64,000 nucleotides of DNA from Dehalococcoidia bacterium (GTDB lineage Bacteria; Chloroflexota; Dehalococcoidia; GIF9; UBA5629), in NCBI GenBank assembly GCA_050011565.1, contig JBEKIW010000001.1:512001-576000 (forward strand), written 5' to 3'. The notes under the pieces were generated by a model. It had not been told where the DNA came from. It was given only the letters and a program-made list of their open reading frames with translations, and did not search any database. Positions within the stretch are counted from its first letter, which is position 1. The number at the start of each line of letters is the position of its first letter. This document shows, in pieces, positions 20,691-28,063 of this stretch. Position numbers and translations under genes: made by a program.

Positions 20691-21581
20691 TTAGTCCTCC
20701 GGTTCGGCCAAATCTACCCAGCGGTCACCCAACATTAAATCCTGTTTACTTCTATGAGGATGAGCTAACCCCTCTGAACTCTTATACTCCCGGAAGTGAT
20801 GCTCGCGCTTGTCACTTAACTCAATACCGACTGTTTCCCCCGTCGGCACACGTCGGGTAAGTTGCTTTACTTCGGCAACTTTATTCTCAAGCTCAGATAA
20901 CATATGTTCGAGCGAAACTAATTTGGTATTTACCTGATTAATTGAAGTCCGATCACTTCGGACTGACTCCCGGATATGGTTCACAGTTGTCGATAGCTCA
21001 TATAACTCGTTAGCTGTAGCCGTTGCTTTTCCTTCTATTTTCGAGAGATGATCCTTACATGATTCGCCGTTCTCGTGTATACCAGCAGCTAGCATTTTAT
21101 ATGTATTCGATGTCTCATTCTGAAGCGACTTAAATTTTCCAGTAAGCTCGGCTACCATAGTACCCAGCGCCTCTCGAGAAACGTATCCGGATTCCAGTTG
21201 CTCAGTCAGTTTACCGAGCTGCTCACTAAACTGGCTCAGCTGCTGGGTAAGCTCAGCGACCTGCTCAGCTTGCTCAGCTGCTCGCTCACTTACGCTTGCC
21301 AGTCGCCGGGTAAGTGGTACTTCGGTATAACCAGACTGGACATCCAGATCAGAGTCCCTCAGTCCAATAGCTTGCTCTAGCCTTGCTAACCTTTGCTCCA
21401 GGCCACCGAGCCCATGCTGAGCAGGTGGTGGGAACCCAAGGCTGAAGCCTGGGGATTGCTCAGCAAGCTGAGCTGCTGGTTCCTTGGAGCGGTCACCGTT
21501 ATTGGAATGAACAAACTGATTGTGTCCAGCCAAACCCTGCGTATTCTTAAATTCTTTCTTACAGATCGTACAGGTAACCAT
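20691..21581 (-). CDS. C2H2 zinc-finger plus long coiled-coil hypothetical protein
   Basis: N-terminal CTICKKEFKNTQGLAGHNQFVH (C-x2-C-x3-F-x5-L-x2-H-x4-H); heptad-rich L/E/Q middle; AGGAGG RBS. Confidence 0.8.
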   Translation of the reverse strand: MVTCTICKKEFKNTQGLAGHNQFVHSNNGDRSKEPAAQLAEQSPGFSLGFPPPAQHGLGGLEQRLARLEQAIGLRDSDLDVQSGYTEVPLTRRLASVSERAAEQAEQVAELTQQLSQFSEQLGKLTEQLESGYVSREALGTMVAELTGKFKSLQNETSNTYKMLAAGIHENGESCKDHLSKIEGKATATANELYELSTTVNHIRESVRSDRTSINQVNTKLVSLEHMLSELENKVAEVKQLTRRVPTGETVGIELSDKREHHFREYKSSEGLAHPHRSKQDLMLGDRWVDLAEPED

Positions 21582-21683
21582 GATTAACCTCCTTTTCAGA
21601 TGATCATTTTGGCAACAAAGACTAATAGATAGAACAATAGATTAACTGGATATCAAGGTAAGTTCGAAAAAGGTAACAGTATT

Positions 21684-21714
21684 CGGTTTTGCAGTAAGAC
21701 CGCTATAGCCACCA
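21684..21714 (-). other. Putative att-like half-site, inverted relative to the tRNA junction
   Basis: TGGTGG core on the minus strand (CCACCA at 21709-21714); CGGTTTTGC at 21684-21692 matches 8/9 to CGGTTCTGC at 24912-24920 in the recombinase-end arm. Confidence 0.45.
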
Positions 21715-21844
21715 ACCACAGTTAAGTCGAGGATCAAGTCCAAGTCCAAATCAAAGCCCAAATTGAAGTCAAAACAAAAGTCGAAACCAAAGTAAAATTT
21801 GCACATGTTGAGAAAGTCAGCAAAATGGGCACCTGGTTGGTGGC
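21708..21844. repeat. 11-bp perfect inverted repeat GCCACCAACCA/TGGTTGGTGGC enclosing a degenerate hexamer repeat
   Basis: Arms at 21708-21718 and 21834-21844; about 12 degenerate hexamers at 21724-21795 read KSRIKSKSKSKPKLKSKQKSKPK* on the plus strand. Confidence 0.75.
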
Positions 21845-22056
21845 GAGGCAACACTTGCCGTTATATGTATTTTCCCATGTGTCTCGCATTTGATTGCATA
21901 GCCGATTCGGCCCGTGGTGATACCGCCATTTACACTAGTATTCTCCTTAGTATTCTTTACGGGTCTTGTCTCTGCATCTTTACGGCCGCAATTCGGACAT
22001 TTCGACAAATCCGGCGGGATAGTACAACCGCACTCAGGACATTTCATGTTTGACAT
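21817..22056 (-). CDS. Small zinc-ribbon protein (79 aa)
   Basis: CPECG...CPNCG plus CETH...CPFC; AGGAGGT RBS. Confidence 0.75.
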   Translation of the reverse strand: MSNMKCPECGCTIPPDLSKCPNCGRKDAETRPVKNTKENTSVNGGITTGRIGYAIKCETHGKIHITASVASPPTRCPFC

Positions 22057-22221
22057 TTTGACCTCCTTCTAACCTTTGCGAAATAGAAATCAGAGGAACT
22101 GAGTGGTCTTTCTTGACAGATCTGTTTTGTCTCCATGTTCTTCCATGAGCCATATTTATCCCGTCTATCGGAGGACTTCCTGTGCTGCACATAACATGTC
22201 AAAGAGTCCACGTTATCCATG

Positions 22222-22362
22222 TCAGGGACGTTCAGGTCCTCGCTCTTGATCACAAGCATGTTTCGCCAGCAGTCGCTTGGCGATCAGTTTTGCCAAAATC
22301 CTCAAGCCTTGTAACTTTGGCTGTTCACTAACATCGCCGATCTCATACTCGGAGTTTGACAT
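22222..22362 (-). CDS. 46-aa small protein, first gene of the leftward transcript
   Basis: Manual translation MSNSEYEIGDVSEQPKLQGLRILAKLIAKRLLAKHACDQERGPERP; basic amphipathic helix; directly downstream of a consensus promoter. Confidence 0.55.
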   Translation of the reverse strand: MSNSEYEIGDVSEQPKLQGLRILAKLIAKRLLAKHACDQERGPERP

Positions 22363-22385
22363 GGCCGAAATCACCCGATATCGCC

Positions 22386-22478
22386 AAAGTAGCATCTTGT
22401 CAGACAGTTGTCAAGTGATATCATGCCTAAATAATACATCCCACAGCACTTGACAACATATGGTAACTATGCTATTAT
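22386..22478. promoter_or_regulatory. Back-to-back symmetric sigma70 promoters
   Basis: Plus strand: TTGACA 22450-22455, 17 nt, TGc-TATTAT 22473-22478. Minus strand: TTGACA 22414-22409, 17 nt, TGc-TACTTT 22391-22386. The 11-bp IR GTTGTCAAGTG/CACTTGACAAC covers both -35 boxes. Confidence 0.75.
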
Positions 22479-22518
22479 TTCAGCAGCAAATACCATTTTG
22501 AACCTGAGGAGGATGAAC

Positions 22519-23343
22519 ATGGTCAAACGCACCAAAAAACCACCGGTCCCACCCGAGAAGGCCAGGGAGTGGCTGCGGCGCCTTGAAGATAGAGGGGAAT
22601 CTGTGCCGCAGATTGCCAAAACGGATTACTACGATGTCAGGACGGTGCGGAAGCAGGTGGAAAAAGCTAGAGAGGAACGGGACCGACGGCAGTCAAGGCA
22701 GATGGTGCTGCGGGAGGCGCTGGAAATGCACTATGCTGATCTTTGCTCCTTGGCCGAGAAGATAAGGGCCGATCTGATAAGAAATACCCCTTCAAGTCTG
22801 TCGCTGTCACTGAGAGATGATCCGCTATATGAGGCTCTCAAGAAGCATGTGCCCAAACTGCGCGTCTGGAAAAACATTGAGCGGTTGGGGACCATGGAAG
22901 TTGAGTTTCGCGAGGTCGCAACGAACTTAAGACAGCGTATTGCCGCTGAAGCGGGAGAGAGTCTATCGCTGCCAGTTGGCGTAGAACCAGGTAAATCGGG
23001 ACTTGATGAGGATTTCGTCAAGGCAATGCTATCCCACCTAGTGAATAAGGCAAGTCGCGGGCAGGGCCTTGATGACCAGGCTTACAAGACCGTCCCCACA
23101 GATTCGGGAATACGGCTGGAGCGCGGCGTTTTTCTCATAGCGCTGGCACCAAAGGTACGGGTCAAAAAGATACAAACTACGTTTGACAGGATGATGGTCG
23201 AGGCACTGGCATGGGAGGAATATCTCCACATGTCCGGGATTGTGTCCGAGTTCTACCAGATCCTGTCCAAGGTGAAAGATGAGCTCACTAAAATAATTCT
23301 GACGCGGGTGGTACCAGGGAGGTGTGATTACTGTCCGATTTAA
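22519..23343 (+). CDS. HTH-containing protein with C-terminal CxxC, upstream of recombinase (putative regulator/accessory)
   Basis: GESVPQIAKTDYYDVRTVRKQV HTH-like segment; ends VVPGRCDYCPI; GAGGAGG RBS before ATG 22519. Confidence 0.75.
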   Translation: MVKRTKKPPVPPEKAREWLRRLEDRGESVPQIAKTDYYDVRTVRKQVEKAREERDRRQSRQMVLREALEMHYADLCSLAEKIRADLIRNTPSSLSLSLRDDPLYEALKKHVPKLRVWKNIERLGTMEVEFREVATNLRQRIAAEAGESLSLPVGVEPGKSGLDEDFVKAMLSHLVNKASRGQGLDDQAYKTVPTDSGIRLERGVFLIALAPKVRVKKIQTTFDRMMVEALAWEEYLHMSGIVSEFYQILSKVKDELTKIILTRVVPGRCDYCPI

Positions 23344-23401
23344 CAGGGAATGCGGACTACGTGGTATCGTGAGACAATAATCCATTGCTCGGAGGCATGT
23401 C

Positions 23402-24991
23402 ATGAAAGCAGCAATCTACGCTCGAGTGTCATCGGAGAAGCAGGATATCGAACTCTCAATATCAGCGCAGCTGAAAGCGTTACGCGAATACGCGGCGCGA
23501 AACGGTTACGTTGTGGTAAGAGAATTTGTAGACGAGGCGGAGAGCGGCAAGACTTCATCCCGTCCTCAATTTATGGAAATGATTGCCACTGCCAAACGTT
23601 CTTCAAAACCTTTCGATGTCATACTCGTCTGGAAGTATTCCCGCTTTGCTCGTAACCGACAGGATTCTATTGTGTTTAAGACGATGTTGCGAAAGATGGG
23701 AGTCCAGGTGATATCGATCAACGAGCCGGTTGAAGATACGCCAACCGGCAAGCTTACTGAAGCAATCATAGAGAGCTTGGACGAATTCTACTCGGCGAAC
23801 CTGGGCGAAGAGGTTACTCGTGGTATGAGGGAAAGCGCCTCACGAGGGTTCTACATCGCCAGCTACACCCCGTATGGATATAGGCGAATAAGAGTAAGGG
23901 ATGGTGGTAAGGAGAGACCAAAGCTGGAACCTGAACCGCATGAGGCTGAAGTTGTAGTTAGAATGTTCAGGGAAGCCCAAGACGGAAAAGGTCTAAAAGA
24001 AATCCTCAAAGGTCTGAACACAGAAGGTATCAAAGCACCCAGAGGTAAAGGATGGATAAAAACCACTCTTTATCACATACTCTGCAACGAGGCTTATACT
24101 GGCTGCCTGGTCTGGGGCAGAAATAACATCAGGAAATTACCTACCATCCGTGTGGAAAGCGCCTGGCCAGCGATAATCGATAAAGATGCTTTCTTACAGG
24201 TGCAAAGCATACTTAAAAGTCGAGCACCGGCATATCTTCACCCCAAACGAACCGCCAGCAGTTTTCTACTTAGTGGAATCGCTAAATGTGGCTATTGCGG
24301 TAAAGCTCTCGTCGGCAACAACGCCAAGAGTGGAAGATTCAGCTATTACGTCTGCGGAAGCTTGCTCAAGAAGGGATCAGGCGCTTGTAACACCAGATAT
24401 ATCAACAGCAAGGATTTTGAGACACTAGTGATTGACAAAATAAGGGAACATATCTTGACTGAAGACAATTTGCGAGAACTCGTACGTCTGGTAAATGAAG
24501 AGATGGATTCTCTATCTACAGAATATAGGGCAAATCTTGACACCGTTAACTGCGAGATTATGGATGTCGATAAACGTCTGGACAGATTGTACGATGCGAT
24601 CGAGACCGGAAGATTAGAAGACACAGACATAGCACCACGTATAAAACAACTCAGGGAACGCCGAGATAACCTACAAAATAGAAGGTGGGAGCTTGAGTGG
24701 CAGTTAAAGGACCGGAAAGTCGAGCTTGCCGATCTACAAACCGTAAAGCGCTACGTCGATGATCTTAGAAGCCTACTAAGCGACGGTTCTATCATTGAAA
24801 GAAAGTCGTTTATCAAGAGCTTTGTCAAAGAGGTTAAAGTCACAGGGAACCAGGCATGCCTCACCTATACAATTCCAATTTCAAAGGGAGGCACGACGCA
24901 GGAACAGATCGCGGTTCTGCCTACTGTACAACATGGTGGGCCATTGTGGACTCGAACCACAGACCCCGGTCTTATCAGGACCGTGCTCTAA
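23402..24991 (+). CDS. Large serine recombinase (resolvase, recombinase and zinc-ribbon domains)
   Basis: AAIYARVSS catalytic Ser, DEAESGK..RPQF, SRFARN, PYGY, LLSGIAKCGYCG...YYVC...C, coiled coil. Confidence 0.95.
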   Translation: MKAAIYARVSSEKQDIELSISAQLKALREYAARNGYVVVREFVDEAESGKTSSRPQFMEMIATAKRSSKPFDVILVWKYSRFARNRQDSIVFKTMLRKMGVQVISINEPVEDTPTGKLTEAIIESLDEFYSANLGEEVTRGMRESASRGFYIASYTPYGYRRIRVRDGGKERPKLEPEPHEAEVVVRMFREAQDGKGLKEILKGLNTEGIKAPRGKGWIKTTLYHILCNEAYTGCLVWGRNNIRKLPTIRVESAWPAIIDKDAFLQVQSILKSRAPAYLHPKRTASSFLLSGIAKCGYCGKALVGNNAKSGRFSYYVCGSLLKKGSGACNTRYINSKDFETLVIDKIREHILTEDNLRELVRLVNEEMDSLSTEYRANLDTVNCEIMDVDKRLDRLYDAIETGRLEDTDIAPRIKQLRERRDNLQNRRWELEWQLKDRKVELADLQTVKRYVDDLRSLLSDGSIIERKSFIKSFVKEVKVTGNQACLTYTIPISKGGTTQEQIAVLPTVQHGGPLWTRTTDPGLIRTVL

Positions 24992-25010
24992 CCAACTGAG
25001 CTAATGGCCC
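24934..25010 (-). tRNA. tRNA-Ile (GAT)
   Basis: GGGCCATTAGCTCAGTTGGTTAGAGCACGGTCCTGATAAGACCGGGGTCTGTGGTTCGAGTCCACAATGGCCCACCA; cloverleaf with GAT anticodon and encoded CCA. Confidence 0.97.
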
Positions 25011-25018
25011 CGGCAAAA

Positions 25019-25048
25019 AGTATAACTTTTGCGCTGAGATAGTGTCAA
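25019..25048 (-). promoter_or_regulatory. tRNA promoter
   Basis: TTGACA, 18 nt, TATACT on the minus strand just upstream of the tRNA. Confidence 0.65.
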
Positions 25049-25074
25049 GGTTGTTTTGGTGCTCCTTGAAACCG

Positions 25075-26514
25075 TCAATCACGCCTGATAGCCCTTTGAG
25101 CTTCCGCGTATTTGACCAGTGCAGCCATAGCACGTGCAGCCTGCTCAGGTGTGTCATATACAGGTATGCCGGCTTCTTTCAGGATTTCGATAGTAGGGTC
25201 GTCAGTCCGGCGGAAGCGCACAGTAATAATCGGTTTGTTATATTTGTGGGGGAGGGTGGCAAAACGTCTGCAAGCTTGAAACGAAGCTTCGATTGAATTA
25301 GATAAAGTCTTGTCGGTTTCTGCTGATGTGGGTTTAAGCCCCCAAATCATTGGGTTTACGGGAACATTCGTTATCACGCCGTCTATGTAGTCAAGGCCGA
25401 GGAATTTTTCTACTACTAACACCTCGTTAAGGGTGGTGCGGTAGCTGCCGGCGAAGTCAACTGGATTCTTAGCCGGTGGAGCATGAGCCGGTAACAGTTT
25501 TTGTAAATCACTGGTGGTCTCACTGTCGAACTCAGGAACTTCAAGCCCCAGGGAGACGCAGGCGTCGGTAACAACGACACCCTGTCCACCGCTTCCCATA
25601 ATAGCCACTCGTTTTCCCCTGGGCAAGGGTTGTCCTACGAGCGCCTCGGCCATTTCGAAGGAATGTATAGCTTCGCCAGCCCGTATGATACCTACCTGCC
25701 GGCACATACTTTCGAACACGTCCTCAGAACCAGCGAGTGAGGCGGTATGCGATAACGTGGCTCTGGCACCGGCGGCAGTGCTACCGCCTTTATAGATGAT
25801 TATGGGTTTCTCCTTTATAACTTCTCTGGCGAGTTCGAAGAATCTTTTGCCGTCCTTAAAACCCTCCATGTAGAAAACGATGACTTTTGTATCATTATCC
25901 ACGGCAAGGTATTCCAGGTATTCAGAAGCGGTGATATCTGCCTGATTTCCGATGCTGATGAATTTGCTCAGACCGTAACCTTTGGCACTGGCTATTTCGG
26001 ATAGATAGCCGCCGAAGGTACCACTCTGTGACACGAAGGCGATGGCTCCCGGCTTAGGTGCTTGATCGAAGCAGAGGTTGAGCTTTCCGGCGGCACTCCA
26101 TATTCCCATGCAATTTGGGCCCACAAATCGTATCCTTCCTTCTCTGGCTATTCTTACCACCTCTTCTTGAAGCGCTTTACCCTCTTTACCGGCCTCGGCA
26201 AACCCGGCAGAAATAACGATGGCGCCTTTCACATGTTTGGCAACACATTCTTGCATCAGCATGGGCGAGACGGCAGCTGGAGCTACTATAACTGCCAGGT
26301 CGACCTGGTAGGGAACGTCGAGGACGCTTGGATAAGTGGGCAGGCCGAGAATATCTTTTTTATTTGGATTTACCGGATATATAGTTCCACCAAATCCGGT
26401 ATTTAGTGGCCTTTCAACCATTACATATCCCCATTTGCCAGGTCTATCTGAAGCGCCCAGTATGGCGATGGATTCAGGTTTAAAAATAGGCTCCAATTGT
26501 TCTATGACGCTCAC
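25075..26514 (-). CDS. ADP-forming acetate/acyl-CoA ligase alpha-type (CoA-binding) subunit
   Basis: PESIAILGAS, ISAGFAE, VGPNCMG, SQSG, SHTASLAG phospho-His motif; GTG start after AAGGAG. Confidence 0.9.
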   Translation of the reverse strand: MSVIEQLEPIFKPESIAILGASDRPGKWGYVMVERPLNTGFGGTIYPVNPNKKDILGLPTYPSVLDVPYQVDLAVIVAPAAVSPMLMQECVAKHVKGAIVISAGFAEAGKEGKALQEEVVRIAREGRIRFVGPNCMGIWSAAGKLNLCFDQAPKPGAIAFVSQSGTFGGYLSEIASAKGYGLSKFISIGNQADITASEYLEYLAVDNDTKVIVFYMEGFKDGKRFFELAREVIKEKPIIIYKGGSTAAGARATLSHTASLAGSEDVFESMCRQVGIIRAGEAIHSFEMAEALVGQPLPRGKRVAIMGSGGQGVVVTDACVSLGLEVPEFDSETTSDLQKLLPAHAPPAKNPVDFAGSYRTTLNEVLVVEKFLGLDYIDGVITNVPVNPMIWGLKPTSAETDKTLSNSIEASFQACRRFATLPHKYNKPIITVRFRRTDDPTIEILKEAGIPVYDTPEQAARAMAALVKYAEAQRAIRRD

Positions 26515-26536
26515 CGTTTGTCTCCTTATCTGATAT

Positions 26537-26959
26537 TCAATCGACCAGCTCATTAAGGCCGGTATAGTTGTCCATTTGCCGGCGAAGCTGGTAATCAAGT
26601 TCCCCTATTGTTACCTCGGCGGTAGAAAATATGGTTGCCCCGGCCAGATGGCCGCCGGAGCAGATATCATGTCCCGAGAGTTGAATGTGTATGTGGATAA
26701 TAAGTGTATCATCTTTTAATGCTATAGAGCCCTGGGCACAGACAATTTCTAAGGGACCGATATAGTCCACGCTTTCATATTTACCTGGTAACGCTTTCAG
26801 GAAATTGAGTTTGGCGTTATCCACCGAGCCGATAATGCCGATGATTACACCTGACGAGATACTATTATCCTGACAATAATTCGATATGCCGCCAAGCAAT
26901 TCTTGGCCCGGTTTGATCCTGAATACATGTATTTTTTTGAACAACAGGTTGCCTCCCAT
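26537..26959 (-). CDS. PPC domain (DUF296) protein
   Basis: GIIGSV, EIVCAQGSI, HIHIQLS, GGHL. Confidence 0.88.
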   Translation of the reverse strand: MGGNLLFKKIHVFRIKPGQELLGGISNYCQDNSISSGVIIGIIGSVDNAKLNFLKALPGKYESVDYIGPLEIVCAQGSIALKDDTLIIHIHIQLSGHDICSGGHLAGATIFSTAEVTIGELDYQLRRQMDNYTGLNELVD

Positions 26960-27142
26960 TTATTGTCTATTGCTAATTAGTTTATCATAGCTTTAGCCCG
27001 GTCTTCTTTCAATATTTACCTTTTGGCCAATCTGCTAGTCATCTAATTTCAGCGATGTTATACGGGCCTTATCCGTGAGTTGAAGTTATTAAGGTTGTGT
27101 TATACTTATTCGGGTCGGACATGAATTCTAAAAAGTGAGTTA

Positions 27143-28063
27143 GTGATGGGAGTCAGACTTTATAAGGAACCGAAGTTGATTGATCCGGTTTTGATAGCCT
27201 GCTGGCCAGGAATTGGGAACATTGGCATCATGGCTGTCGATATGCTTAGAAGGCTGGTCGCGGCAGAGGAGTTCGGCGAGATAGAATCATGGGACTTCTT
27301 CTATCCCAGAAAGGTTTTGATAAGAGACGGTGAATTGAAAGATTTGGAGTTCCCTGATAACAAGTTCTATTTTAAAAAAACTGGGAAAAAAGATTTATTG
27401 TTCTTTATTGGAGAAGAACAGCCTAGTGATGGCGCGGGAGTTTATGCTGAGGGAACAAAGGCTTATAGAATGGCTAATCTCGTTCTGGACGTAGCACAGA
27501 GATTCGGGTGTCAGAGGGTGTATACATCAGGTGCAGCTGTGGCGCCCATCCATCACACTACCAGGTCGAGGGTTTGGGTGGTGCCTAATAGTAAGGATCT
27601 GCTTGACGAGATAAAACGTTATGGAAATACTGTGCTGATGTCTGAGGTAGAAGGTAGGGACGGTCAAGGTAACATTACCGGGCTGAATGGACTATTGTTA
27701 GGTGTAGCTAAGAAAAGGGGGTTGGAGGCTATATGTGTTATGGGTGAGATACCAATTTACATCCACGGTTTTCCAATTCCGTATCCCAAGGGGTCCAAGG
27801 CAGTGCTTGAGGTATTGAGCGCTGCCCTGGCCATTAAAATACCTATGGACGAAATCAACGCACTTATCGAGCAAAGCGATAGTGAAATCGAAAGTGTTTA
27901 TCAAAAACTTCCTTCAGAGATTAAAGAGCAACTTGATAAATTAAAATATGTTGTTTATGCCAAGCCTAGTGAACCGGAACCGATAACGGAAGAGGACAAG
28001 AAGAAAATCCTGCAGGAAATAGACAAGTTGTTCAAGAAAGACACCGGGAGAGACCAGTTTTGA
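27143..28063 (+). CDS. PAC2 (proteasome assembly chaperone) family protein
   Basis: PVLIACWPGIGNIG, GEEQP, ITGLNGLLLG, CVMGEIP. Confidence 0.85.
   Translation: MMGVRLYKEPKLIDPVLIACWPGIGNIGIMAVDMLRRLVAAEEFGEIESWDFFYPRKVLIRDGELKDLEFPDNKFYFKKTGKKDLLFFIGEEQPSDGAGVYAEGTKAYRMANLVLDVAQRFGCQRVYTSGAAVAPIHHTTRSRVWVVPNSKDLLDEIKRYGNTVLMSEVEGRDGQGNITGLNGLLLGVAKKRGLEAICVMGEIPIYIHGFPIPYPKGSKAVLEVLSAALAIKIPMDEINALIEQSDSEIESVYQKLPSEIKEQLDKLKYVVYAKPSEPEPITEEDKKKILQEIDKLFKKDTGRDQF

Larger units (their letters stand above)
20691..24940. mobile_element. Integration module of a genomic island inserted at the tRNA-Ile 3' end; cargo probably extends left, left boundary not located
   Basis: Serine recombinase abutting and overlapping the tRNA 3' end, divergent promoter switch, small zinc-finger genes. 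Confidence 0.75.

Noticed and set aside
21724-21800. Hexamer repeat as a CRISPR array
   Set aside because: 6-nt degenerate period with no spacers and no cas genes; no CRISPR array seen anywhere in the window
21839-21844. Direct GGTGG core as left end of a 3.1-kb excisable circle
   Set aside because: No recombinase-type arm beside it, and excision would truncate the zinc-ribbon gene; not excluded but unsupported
22044-22259. 71-aa ORF from the track
   Set aside because: No RBS or motif, and it overlaps the better-supported 46-aa ORF in another frame
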